Shown here: positions 1-12,252 of the stretch, one piece after another | How positions within the stretch are numbered: the first letter of the stretch is position 1 | How the letters are laid out: the number at the start of each line of letters is the position of its first letter | Source: Haplodiscus bocki | Lineage: Eukaryota | Assembly: GCA_965655095.1 (NCBI GenBank) | Contig: OZ296650.1 | Span: forward strand, 108,128,001 to 108,192,000 | Reading direction: 5' to 3' | Length of the DNA stretch: 64,000 bases | Program-made: the position numbers and the translations under genes | Notes under the pieces: model-generated | What the model was told of the DNA's origin: nothing | What the model saw: only the letters and a program-made list of their open reading frames with translations | The model's database searches: none

Positions 1-995
1 TTTTTAAATTAGGCAATGATTCTCTTGATCTCAAGTGCCTTGAAATTATTGGTAAAATCGAAATTGCAGTGGTTGGAAATTGTAGATTGAAACCCTGGAC
101 AGTTGAAGTGGCGTAAGTTGAAACTGCATAAGTTGTACGTGTTTTGGACTAAATAACCATTCAAAAGTAGACACATTATTTTCTTACAGAATAAATAGCT
201 ACATTAGTGTAGCATGTTTGACCGCAACTGCTGCAACAACTCCAACCGAGATTGCAACCTCCGAAAAAATTTTGAGTTTTGCAATTGATCAACAGTTTGC
301 AGATTAAAAAATTTGAGATGAAATACAGAATTGTGCGACTACAATTTCACGTTACAATTGCTGAAAAACGAAGCCATGCCGTTTCTTATATTGAAATCCT
401 TCGGCTTCACCATTAAATTGAGCTTGCATATTATCGATTTGTTGGCTGCCATACACAAAACCCAGAGTCATAATGAATGCCGTAATTTTCAAGCTTCCGT
501 TATACTCGTTGAAAAGTTTCTTGAGCGGATCACAAAAACATTTGGCATACATCTCGTTCCAAATGTTCAATATGCGCAGAAGGTCAAGATTTTCGTCTCA
601 AAAAATTGGCTGATCAAATACCAAAGCTCTCAAAATCATATGAAGACGCTGATCTGATTACCGAGATAATTTGTATACTTGGATTTTGGGTAATGAGAAA
701 TATCGTAATATCATGCACTCTCGATTTACCGCCATTTTGCATATCCACCATAATTTGGCTTGCACGGAATGTGGCGTAAATTGAGAGTGCATCGGACGTG
801 GATGTGATGTTTCGCGAATTTAGTTGACTTAGGGTAATTAGAACCTTGATCGAAGAATATACCTTATCGCGTACCTTTTTCATTGGAATCCAATTTTCCA
901 AATCATTTAAACTGTTCCTCGACCATTTAGAAGTTTTCTCAATTGAAACTAGTTAGAACTTGTAAAAAAAACATAAGAAGTGTTTGAAACGGTCA

Positions 996-1225
996 TCACT
1001 GGTTATATTCGTTTGTTGGTGCTCTAGATGAAGCAGCTCGTCTGTTCATACTGGAGTTGTCTCTCATGGCCCATTCCATTTGATCCCTTTCGGACATGTT
1101 TCCAGAAAAGGAGTTCCACTGTGGTGGCGACCTAGATCCGCCGAGTCGTCCAGAACCGTATGTGGAATAACCTGAATCACGTGATTGTCTAGAATTGCGA
1201 CCCCAGTTTGCTGCAGCACCTCCTC
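996..1225 (-). CDS. RHBDD1: RHBDD1 terminal exon 4 (cytosolic tail with UIM-like motif)
   Basis: Acceptor ttttccag|GA is phase 1, matching the exon 3 donor. G/S/R-rich linker then SFSGNMSERDQMEWAMRDNS, resembling the RHBDD1 YTxGxSEEEQLxxAL UIM region. Tandem TGA TGA stop. Spliced CDS 228+100+408+230=966 nt = 321 aa. Confidence 0.75.
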
Positions 1226-2173
1226 CTGGAAAAGCTAATTTCGATACTTTTCCGCAATTTTCTCTTGCTTTAGGAATCATCTATTTATCGTTGCAACCAG
1301 CATAAATCAACACGAAACGTCAAATTTGTGGAAAGTTTCAACATTTTCGAAGCTTCATCAAAAAATGAATGAGTTCGCATTTTTTCCACAATTTTCGCTC
1401 GTTTGCTTGCAAAATCAACTTTCTAGCTAATAGTTCAATCTACTACGATACAGAAGCACAAATCTAAGAGAATAGTGCACAATTATGCATTTTCCACATT
1501 TTTCGGCGGTTCCAAGTAAATGAGAAATAGCTAAATTATAATTACGAACATCAGCTCTTTTACCTTCTAATTTTGCTCCTCATTTACAACTTCATAGAAA
1601 ATGGATCCGAAAGGACATATAACAGTTTACGATAAGATAGTACATGTTTTGAAAGACACATCAAAAGTAAGATCAAGTGTGAAAGTTCCAGAAAACAATT
1701 TTTGTAGACTGACTGATTTCGAAAACAATTATCTCGGTGACGGTTCCTTAAGTTTTGTGCTTCGAGCCCTTAATCGAAAGATAAGAATATTCCAAAATGG
1801 CAGAGAACTTAATTGTAGGCATTGATCGATCCAGGAAAAATTTTGCATAATGGCCGTTTCGACTTGTTCCTCGATTACTTAGTCGAAAGCTTGCCGTTTT
1901 TCAAAAGTAATCGGTGACAAAAGGTTCAGATTTTTGTAGTTGCAAAACTTGGTTTGAAACTGGAAACATAGTATTAGACTTTGATTAATTTTGCAAAGGG
2001 AACTTCCCGGAACGGCTTCTCCGATTTTGCTCAGAAAGCATTGAATCGAAACCCATCTATTTCTTGAAATGACTTGGTGATACTCATCTTCATAAATCAT
2101 TTCAGTAGTATGGACATAAATGACGTCGCCGACTTCACGGGGGGAAGGGTTGAGTTGAATAAACTATACCTCT

Positions 2174-2255
2174 AAAAATTTGGCCAGGACCGGATTCGAA
2201 CCTAGGACCACCGCCACCGGAAAATTTGTCTCCAACCACTCCGCCATAAAACCTT
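2174..2255 (-). ncRNA. tRNA-like Pol III unit (A box, B box, CCA, T5 terminator) within the AGTAGT terminal unit
   Basis: Minus strand: A box TGGCGGAGTGG (2246-2236), B box GGTTCGAATCC (2202-2192), ...GGCCA end at 2181, TTTTT at 2178-2174. No convincing cloverleaf, so not called a tRNA gene. Confidence 0.55.
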
Positions 2256-4959
2256 GCCTCGCAATTGAGTACTTGATTAAACCGAACTGTTCAATAACAA
2301 ATGAAAGATGGCTTTTTACGTTAATTAAATATTTGATGATTAGAACACAGTGGTTTTATAATATATAGAGAACATTAAAAATTTAATTGGATTCCTTTTA
2401 GAATCTACTGATTATAAGTATTTTCAATATTATTACTCAAAAATTACAAAAAAACATGAATTACAATAGCGTATTCTTTTCTACAACTAAAACATTTTAA
2501 TTCTGATTAAATTAATTAAAAATTTAAGTGTGATGAGTTACTTTTTAGTTCTGAATTTTTTCATCTGAATGAATATAAAATTATTCTACAAGATTTTTAA
2601 AGAATATTTAACTGAATATTGTTCCAAAGGCAATCAAATCCTTTTGAGAAAAACAGAAAATTCCAAATTGCAGAGTAAAACTTACTCTGAGCAACTAATT
2701 CGAATACATGCATTATGTAACCACTAAGCAGACAGTTTTCATTCCCTTCGATATCTGCGCCAGTTTCTTCAACTTAGTTTTTTTCCTTACTGCCAGTTTA
2801 AATCCTTCCAAAACTTATTGACGAACAACCAATCTGAAAGTTTTTCGTTCACTTGGAGAACCTGGTAGTTTTCTAAAAGTTCATTCCTGAAATTAGTCAG
2901 CTTGATAACAACGGTTGCCCTTTAATCAATGAGTTTTTAAAGCCTGGACAATTCGCCAAGAACAAAGCAAAAGTTTGATACAGATATTCGAATGGGGACG
3001 TGATGGACTGATAAAGATGCTCACGCCCTTTCAACCGGGTACACTTCCTATCTAAGCAGCTGACAGTTCCGCGGATCTAGTGGTGTTGAAGATGTTGCCA
3101 ATTACTGGGAAGAAACAAAAAACGCGTTATTTGGCCTGTGTTGCAGTCAGTGTCAAAAAAAGCATGTTTGGAAAAACAGCAAAGACAGACAAAATGGAAC
3201 AGCTTGCCAGAAAAAGCCGCAAGACTTGCTAAAGAACCAAACAAAACTGAAAATGCTCAGAAGAAAGGTTCATAATACCTGCGAAACGACCGTAAACCTA
3301 TCAGTGATACCGACTATGACTGGTGAAGGCATTCCAGGATCGATAATGGGTCAAAAGTAGCAAAGCTTGCAGGAATACAAGACTGCATACTTGAAGGTTC
3401 AGACTTGAAGTTTTCTGAGACCGTCTGGAAAAGTTGACTGTAGAGATCAAAATGCTAGCACAAAGCAACTCTTAGACTGTTTCAACGTAGTACAGGCATT
3501 TCTAAAATGAAAAATTGACTCGTTATTACCAAATAATGGTTCACCTGAAAAAAAATGCTTTTCTTTTCATACCGAGCACTTTTTCTTTTCTCCTTCCTAT
3601 TGCTTCTTGCTTCGGCCAAAATAATTTCATCGCACACAAGAATTGAGAAAGTATCCAAAGCATTTCAAACTACTTGCAAGACTTTTAAACAGGCCTTGAA
3701 AACACAAAAAGGCAAAGTGGAACAAAAACAAAGCAAAGTTCTCTCAGCAAATAATATCTGCAAAATCAAAGTAGCATAGTATAAAAAATCTCTCCTAGCA
3801 AATGATAAGTGATTCAGCCATCCTTGCCATTTGTTGAAGTGTTCAGCCATCCTTGCCACCTAAAGCGCGAATTGGTTGCATTTTGCACATTACGTTGATG
3901 GAAAATAGGGAACCATTTTTCCGGTAGTTCTTCAAATTGTTTTCATAAGCAAGGTTTTTGTTGCAAACATCGCAAGTCCTCATTTCGACAGATTGAACTT
4001 TAGCTATAACCGATTGCAGACACTAAATCCGCAATCCCAAAGGTCGAGAGCCCATAACGGTTAATATTTATAAGATTTTAAGTTTTCTGGAACATTTTTG
4101 CTAATTGGACCATACTTAATAGTTTCAATCAGTTACTGGTTGAGCACAAGTCTGTGCGGTACTGAAAATCCAGTCAAAATAGGTTCTTGTTTGTCCCGAC
4201 AGCTCCAGCTGCTGCGTCAGAAAAAGACACTAGACAGGTGCGCTTTACTTGAACGCGGAATCAATTTTCAGTAGTTTCACAGCGAGAGAAGGTCCAATTT
4301 GATTATTTCCCCGTCTAAGATGATTATGGTCGTTGAATTATAAGATGGTGTGTCAACAAAAGCTACTACCTGTCTCAGTTCAGTCAGCTCAAGTACCTCT
4401 AGTTTTCCAGTCTCAACTCCTAGTCAATTCAAGTCTGCTTTTTGTTAGTACATAAAATTTTCGTCCAATATGACCTTCACCAATACTCAAACTGAATACT
4501 CCAGATGTGTTCATTTATAGAAAATTTCCTGTGACGCCCGTCCCCCCCCAGATTTGTTCAAACAACTTCTATAGAATCAAAGTCAAACTGGCACTTATCA
4601 GCTGTTTGGGCCTGAAAAGCTGCATCAAACGCCAGGAAAGGGAAACAAAACGGTTCTCGACTTTCTTTGCATTCAAAACAATTATGGTGATGAAGTGCAA
4701 TGTAAAAATGTACAAATTCGAGTTGACTTCGCACATCTCTTGGAGTCATTCTACATGGATCATAGGCGAACTTTTGTTTGCAACCTGAATAGACTCTATT
4801 ATCCTTTCTACTTTTCTAAATGCATACTTTGACGTCCGATCTCGTCTTTTGTTTCTAATAGTGTTTTCAGCAAAAGATTTTCAATTCTTTCCAAAGGTTT
4901 CTGAGCAGATTGAAAACTACCGTATAATCGTACAGGAATCAAGTTGAATGTTTGAGAAA

Positions 4960-5330
4960 AAGTAGCAACTCTTTTTCACTAATGTATGGAATAGGAGGAT
5001 AGTAAGCACCAAATACTTAAGGATCAAAATAACGATAGCGTTCACATAATTGAGATGACAGTTTTTGCTATGGCTCTTTCATGAGTTTAGATACTCCAAA
5101 TTGAAAACGGTCTTAAAGGTATTTGTATACTGTAAAGAGTAATTCAAGTGGGTCGCCCAACGAGTAGTTTTTGTCTCGGTTGCACAGAAACCAATGAGTT
5201 CCTGGTTGACTTGTTTGTCTGAATTGGCAATAATAAACGTGTTAAGAGGCCTAGGAGACAAGTGTTTGCTGCATGTTTTAAAAAAATTGTATTTCAAGTG
5301 TTTGCAATTTTGAATCATGCCTGTCAAATC
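4960..5330 (-). pseudogene. Polinton adenain-like cysteine protease remnant
   Basis: IQNCKHLKYNF...NTFIIANSDK lies directly downstream of the MCP, the usual protease position. The catalytic His/Cys motifs are not preserved. Confidence 0.45.
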
Positions 5331-5339
5331 AATTTCGAC

Positions 5340-6560
5340 ATTTGCTTTTTGTATTTTCGTATTCGCGCGGAATTAATATAAATCGTTGAAGTGTTTCCCA
5401 CGGAGAAACACTGTGCTCTCTGCCAGAGCAGTCGAAATGGGGAAACTGATTGAAATCGCAGCGCTTGTAAGTTCGGGATGCAGGTAATCGTGTGATGTTT
5501 GCTGAGTACTGGTAAGATCAGATGATGACTTGAACAGTCGGAATAAGGAATGCTAAGACCACGATGCCCAAACGAAACAACTTCCAACGAATTAAAGCAA
5601 ACATTTTCGAATGTAACCGTTATGAACGGTGTACCAGCGATGGGTTAGCCGTTACGGTTAACAGTGATACTGCTCAAACTAAACTTTTGGTAGTGAAATG
5701 GGTTTGTTTGTTTAGCGTCTCAGAATCCAGCAATGATGTCATTAAGAGAACGAATCTTCTTATAGGGTCTTTACTTACCTAGTATTCTTGGTGCCAACTC
5801 TGTACGTTAGAAACTGGAAAAGTTTCTGGTATAGTTTCAGGATAACGATACAATGCCGGCATCTTGGTAAGTGTAAACATTGTCTGCAACTGTCAGTTTG
5901 CGAACTTACAAAATTGCTCGGGTAGTGCTAACTTTGTAATCTTTTGCTTCATCCTTATAAACTAAAGTGATTTCAGGGCTTGTCCTCGGAAATCAATTTC
6001 GCAAAGTAAATCCACTCAAAAGATGTTTGTCGCAAGAGAAAACATCTGCTGCTACTTTTCGCACGAAATATACCACCGACGTACTCCTTATTTTCGTCTC
6101 TCTCTGTGTAAAAGGTGCTGTTGTAAAATCATTAGGGTTCGATTATTAACTGTGCCCATGACATTTCAACCGAATGTGCTTTGCTTCCTTGTTGTCAGAA
6201 AAATCTGATTCAATTAAAGACTTACGTGTAATTTCCGTTTGCAGAAATTTTTATCCCATTTGCTTCTTATATCAGGAAACAACGAATGGAGTGAGCTATT
6301 CACAAATACTGGTGAATCGCCGTTTACAGCAGTTGTAGCACTGCAAGTCAAATCTGTTGCACTGGTTCGGTAATTGTACGTTTTACTTTCAGGTAAATGT
6401 TTTGTAGATCAATAAAGTTGGTTCGATCGCCTGCAATTTCAAACTCCAAAAATGGTCCGCTTGGTTTCTAAACGGCGCCAATTTTCTCAATTGATGTATC
6501 AAAATTGATCAGTAGAGGTGGTTTCTCGAAAATAACGAGTGAGCTGTGAAATGCTTCAAC
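5340..6560 (-). pseudogene. Polinton major capsid protein (double jelly-roll) pseudogene
   Basis: Manual translation across stops and frameshifts: GPFLEFEIAGDRTNFIDLQNIYLKVK; PVFVNSSLHSLF; ADVFSCDKHLLSGFTLR; VRKLTVADNVY; TNPFHYQKFSLSSITV. These are characteristic Polinton MCP blocks. Confidence 0.8.
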
Positions 6561-6574
6561 AGGTAAAACTTTGT

Positions 6575-6920
6575 AACGTTTTTGACTTTTGAAAAAAAAT
6601 CCGACCAACTTCTGTGGCAAGTTGTTGGATCAACTTCTCTGTGAGAAGTTTTTGCGTTCAACGACTTTGGGTTTCCCTTCTTCTGATGCACCTACTTGCT
6701 TGACAGTTTTTGGTGCTGCTGACTTTGCCGCTTGTTTGACTGACTTTCTTTTTGATGCAACTTCAACCAATTCCGGTAGATTTTGCACAGACAATTCTTT
6801 GTCAACTGATTTGACTGTAGAGAATCAAACTTTTCTGGCAAATGGCATGGCTATCCGACCAACACCTACTGCTAGTGACCCCAAACCACTGCCTCTGCCT
6901 CGACTGACCAGTGAATCGAA
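6575..6920 (-). pseudogene. Polinton basic core-like (RGxGLG) protein remnant
   Basis: HFDSLVSRGRGSGLGSLAVGVGRIAMPFARKV followed by Lys-rich KKKVSQTSGKVS/KQVG; lies between the minor and major capsid genes. Confidence 0.6.
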
Positions 6921-6959
6921 GTGGAACGGCTTGTTGTCAATATAATCGCTAGTTTTGAA

Positions 6960-7790
6960 ACTTTTTGAATTTCGATGTCCATGCAACCCGGTACCAACAA
7001 GCGGAATTTTTTGACTTGTAACTGTAAAAAGTTGCTTTTGACCTTCCTCAATGTAGCTCATTAAAAGTTTCTTGAATTGGACTACTTTTAAGGTTTGATG
7101 AAATGTTGCCGGGTTTATCTCCGGGCTGCCGTTCGATACTATTTTGGCTATCAGTGATTCGCCACAATGGTGATTTGACTCCTGCAACAAGTTGTTGTTT
7201 AATGATATCCGCAATGGCAAGGAACGTGTTTGTCCCGGTCATAAGATGAGGATAATCTTCAAAGACTGGCTCTTTCTTCTCGCCAAAATCTTTGTGCTCG
7301 CCCACAAAGAACGCTCCTTATTGGTGCTTCGTCCCCCCTTAAACATTGAGACATTTAGAAGACCGCGGTCATAAAAACGTACACCAGAACGAACACAAGA
7401 GTTATTTACCCTTAGTGGTTGATTGATCACGAATCGAAGGTTTTATTGAAACGGGTTCTCTCTCCCAATACTTACAAGCTGTCTTTCACTATTTTGTATT
7501 CACCAGAAAGGCATTCTGCATGGTCTCTTCAGCTGTCCCGCGATACTTCAATTCCACCAGAATCCGATTCATAAAAATTTTTCATTGGTACATTTGGAAT
7601 GTGTATGAAATAGTCGTTTGTTGTAATGTTAGAAGGGTGGTAGGAAAAATGATTGAGCCAAGGCCATCCGCCAATAAGCTTCTAGCTGAATCGGATAAGC
7701 AAGTAGGTTGCGAAACACAGCCATTGTGTTTTCAAGACAAACATTCCTTGAACCGTCGATTCGAAGTCAGTGTTAAATGCGTCCTTTTAT
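6960..7790 (-). pseudogene. Polinton minor capsid (penton) pseudogene
   Basis: N-terminal ENTMAVFRNLLAYPIQLEAYWRMAL.IIFPT and C-terminal DIIKQQLVAGVKSPLWRI...IPLVGTG motifs. Confidence 0.7.
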
Positions 7791-7799
7791 TTTTGTTAA

Positions 7800-8620
7800 T
7801 TAGGGCTCCCTAGAATTTTCGCTGATGGTCGCTCCTTTCTCGTCCCTCAAATTGTAAGTTGGTGTGTTGAAGGTGGCAACTTTAGTGACTGCCAAATTTT
7901 GTCAGAAAAACTTTGTTCTGCTTTTTTTTGAATCGAAAATCTTCATTACTAATCGCGAATAGTGGTTTGCTGACAAATTGAGTCGACTGTTCTGCAACTA
8001 GGGAAATCAAATGTGGTATTTGCCGCTTTGTGACCGTGTTTGGCGCCAAGCAACTAACACGGATAACTCGGGAAATGATGGTGTTAAAAAATGACTGAAA
8101 ATTGTTGATGTAATGATAGGTCAAATTGTTTTCGAAATGCTTGAAGATAATGTTTTTAAGAGAGCAGATGTTCCTTTCAGGAAAGACGATTTTGTTTCAC
8201 TTGCTGCTGTGTCGATGTTTTTCTGATCGAACAAAGATTCGAAAGCTCCTTTGAACTCCGTTCTTTTGTCGGACCAAATCTGCGGCTGAATTCGTGTAAT
8301 CATCTTTTTGAAGCTTTAGCTGCGTCACGAGCACTTTTTGTACGCATTGCTTGAACTCGCCAAAAACGCAATAACACATCGATTGCAGCTATCAAAAATT
8401 TGACAACATTATTGTAGTTGGCTAATTTGTCAACTTAAGCCACGTCTACTGACCAAATCTCGTTAATGTCGCACGTATAAATGGTAATTTCCGTATCAAC
8501 TGACGATGTTTTGATACGTGTGATTTTTTCTATGGAGAAAAATTTGGATTTCTGAACGTGAGAATTTGCTAGCTTGTTGCAGGGTCTTCAAACTCCCATA
8601 TTCACCCAGATTACTTGAAT
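7800..8620 (-). pseudogene. Polinton retroviral-type (rve) integrase pseudogene
   Basis: INEIWSVDVA...VKFLIAAIDVLLRF; QIWSDKRTEFKGAF; SETKSSF.ERNICSLKNIIFKHF; NTIISRVIRVSCLAPNTV. DDE core with stops and frameshifts. Confidence 0.85.
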
Positions 8621-9339
8621 GAACGTTTTCCAGTTTTTTCAGCCTTCGAGAGCGTCCCACGATTTTCTCCTTCGCTTTCCAAGTTGCTGCTCATCCTTTT
8701 GAGGCTTTTTCTGTTTCGGACGGTCACCAATCGTCAGCACACCTTTATTTTTGAGTGCAATAACTGCGTTTCCCTGAAGTTTTCTCATCATTTTAGACTT
8801 CTCGAGTTGATGAGATTGAGCAGTGACAGTGCACGCAAAACTCCACATTTACTGGAACCGCTGCTTCCTTAATTGTCTGTTTTCTCTATTTGTATCTGTA
8901 GCAGATTGATGGAGAAAGGCTAGGTAATGCGATTTGGAGTTGATCTTGGATCATCTGCAATTTCAGAGGTTTTTTGTTGTCCCCTGACATTTTTCTTCGT
9001 ATATCAAAAATTCTTGTGCACTCATTGTGATAAAAAACAGAAACAAGGGCGACTGATTCCTTGGAGTAATTTAAAGCGTTTGACTGACGACAAAACTTGC
9101 CGTCGCAGTTTATCCGATGTCATAGCGGCACACAATACTCGGAATTCTTTCCTATAAGGTATCAATTTCTATACTTTTGAGAGGGATATTACAATTCACA
9201 ATGTGCACATTCACGTAGGAATCTGATGTCCTTTTCGCTAGAAACATGTAAAATGAGATGTAATATTCGAGCCTATTCTTGCCTTGTTGCCAATGCTTGA
9301 GTATATGCATTTTCCGTGCGATTTGTCGAAAGTGTTTTC

Positions 9340-9975
9340 TTCCATCAAAGATGACAGATGAGAAAAATAGTTGAGCGAGGACCGACTTTACTTGAACGGA
9401 TTTGAAGAAGAGAGTCGCTTGGTTTGTGGTCAAAGTCGATAAGAAAATGACTAAACGTTTGCGATGTGGTCTTTTTTAAACAAAACTCTAAGAAATTCTG
9501 TTCTATTTAGCTGTCGTCCAAAGAGATCAATCTGCGCAAAACAGCGTGGTGGTGATTTGGACAAGACAATATGAGCTGCATTTAAATCAATAGTCCCCGA
9601 CGATTTGCTTTGGTGGAACAAATTATGTTTAACAAAAACGCAATTAATTTTTTTAAAGACATCTAGCAACTGCAATCTTTACAAAGTCTTTCTCCTGATA
9701 AACTTCTTCGCAAAAATATTCAAATACAAATATACAGTTTTCTGTTTCTTCTATCAGTTCAGAGTCTAAGCAAGCCGGGAATAACGTCAATGTCAAGCTT
9801 TTCCGCCATTTATTCGAAAAGAAGATGATACTGCTGCAAAAAGTAATAAATTTTGCCCATCAATGGGTAAAAAAATGTAGGCGAGGCAAGCATCACATAA
9901 ATGACACCTGTTTTCCCATAACCACTTGGACCCACAAACTACATGAACAGTCGGTCATTTGTGAAAATTATCTTT
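9340..9975 (-). pseudogene. Polinton packaging ATPase (A32/FtsK-like) pseudogene
   Basis: Walker A GPSGYGKT at 9932-9909; INCVFVKHNLFHQSKSSGTIDLNAAHIVLSKSP...QIDLFGRQL. Confidence 0.85.
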
Positions 9976-10999
9976 TTCATATTTCTGAATTCGGTAAAAT
10001 GTAAGCAGCTGTGCAAAGCCAAATAAAAGCGAAACCAGATTGTTTGCTCCACACATGCCAGTTAATCGAGTGTCATAGTTAGTGAACAAGCAATCACAAT
10101 TATAAATACTGATGCGGCCTTTCATCCCCATATTAGAAAAAATAATAGTTTTGACCGTGGCGCTTTGACTGAAGTAAAAAACTTCCACGACGATCTTCCG
10201 CTTCCGTTGCTGTCAAAAACACAGCCTTTAGCTTGCAAAGCGTCTACCGAAACAACTGTATGCTCCTCCGTTTTCTCGAGAAATGAATCTGAATCAAAGA
10301 TTTTAACACTCGCATGAAGTAAAATCACGAATTCAGCCCTAAGATTGTTTCGTTACAGAAGAGAATAAAACACGTAAACATTAAATGCAGCACTAGATTT
10401 TATTTGATAGTTTTCACTCGTTTTCTTTGATATTGCAGATGAGCAAAAGATAACTTCCAAAATATCCTCCGTCAATCAACTCAAACAAGTCTCGCATTAT
10501 GTTCTGGTAACCTTGGGTCGTTAACGCCATCAGGAACATCGAGCGAGAGTATTTCGGGGGCAGTTTCAGCGGAACAATGCCTCGTTCCATCATCAGGTCC
10601 TTGAGGCGCTTGCTTGACATTTTGTTTTCTGCATACAAATTGAAGGAAAGTATTAATTGAATTGAAGCCGCCTTTTAGGAACGACTCTTCATGTTAGGCC
10701 AACTGTAATAAAGTTCTTTCCAAAAGTTTATGAATTCCCATTTGCTCGTAGTCTTCTTTATCGAGTCTGATCCGAGACTCATTGCTCACTGGTCGGTGCA
10801 GTAATGTTGAAATTGGAAGATTCCAGTTGGGGGACCGGGTTAATCCGAGGTTGTCTCTGTTAATTGTTTCTGCAGCAATTGCATTCTTTATAAACGTTTT
10901 GATAGTGACTGAAGAGCCAATCGTAGAATAAGTAAACGTCTCCTCGCGCACATAGGTCCAAATTGTAAGCGGATTGATTGTTGGAGCAAATAACATTGA

Positions 11000-11350
11000 A
11001 ATGATGGTTGAACTCTGACGCTTCGGAAAACAAAGACTGTCCAACTTCAACAGTGGGGGAAAAGTTCTCGAGAAAAGCCCAATTCTCTTTGGTTTTAGCG
11101 TATACTGGAGTACTGAGGAATCAAACCTTGAGGGCTATGAGCAAGCTGAACGAGGAAAAATAATCGTGTCAACCAGCTTCCCTCAGGATGCCGTGCAGGT
11201 TTTTTGTCCGCCAAGTGTAAGCTTTTTTGTTTTTATCGGCTGAGTAACTATATTTGTATGGCGCTTGGAAGACAAAAGCATCGTTGTAGTAGTGTCTGCA
11301 GACAGACAATTCTTTGACAACGATAGGTTGTTTTTTGTGCTAGAATCACT
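11000..11350 (-). pseudogene. Polinton-associated exonuclease-like (DEDD-type) gene remnant
   Basis: IVKELSVC...FQAPY...YTWRTKNLHGI...VYAKTKE...KLDSLCFPK resembles the KEL/LHG/AKG.EK/GCP motif set of a Polinton accessory gene. Confidence 0.5.
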
Positions 11351-12252
11351 CCACATCAATATTTAGGAAGCCAGGCAGTATTCATGTATTCATTTCGTGG
11401 TTGATTTTCTAATCAGTGAGGCTAACTTTGTACTATAAAAAAATATTTTTAAAAATGACTTGGCGTGAATACATGAATTCGATCTGTCTATGCATCCAAT
11501 CAGGTTAAGTTAACTGTTCCTTTCAAGAACTGTAGATGAACACAATCAAGAACTGCAGTATTATGTTTATGTTCGAAGTTGCATGCATGCTGAAGTCAGA
11601 AGTCTAAGTATATCGAGAAGACAGTCAATAATTAAAGAATTATATTTCTGAAGTGAAAGCCGAGTGCATCCTCCACCTTGTCAACCCAGGCCAAAATTCG
11701 AATAAATAAGGTATTCGAAAGTTATTTTTGCGAAATTGAAACCACTTTTTTTCAACCAGAAAGAAACACTTCTCTGTTATTTCGAAGCATGGTGCATTTT
11801 TTACTTTTAGAAATCACGTCTTCATAGATTAAGCGGCTCACAGAAAAAAGATTAGCTGTGTTGGTAGTCTGTATGTAGTTCAACTGAAATAATTGATCAT
11901 TTTGGTTGTGATTCTTAACTAATTTCATAAACATTTGATGGAAAAGTTCAACCGAATTCTTTTTCACATTGTGGACTGAACTTGAGCCGACATTTATTAT
12001 ATTGTTTCCATTCAGCCAAAAACTCTTGTAAAAAAGTCGAAATCAAGGACGCAAGGTATTGAGAGCAAAGAAATTCGAAGAGTAAAAAAAAGAACTGAGC
12101 GAATTTAGCTAATTTTGGCTGAACATTTTGAAAAGCAGGCCCCTGGCGGAACTCGAATGTCAAACTATTTAAAGACAAAATCTTTCAAAGGTGAAAGATG
12201 TTGTGTCTTCCGGTATTTCTCGGCCTATTTTTCGTGAATTTGGAAATGAATA

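Noticed and set aside
2181-2255. Bona fide tRNA gene
   Set aside because: A and B boxes are present but acceptor, anticodon and T stems do not pair convincingly; treated as tRNA-like.
3813-3858. Short direct duplications (also 18575-18612)
   Set aside because: Simple local slippage duplications with no evident function.
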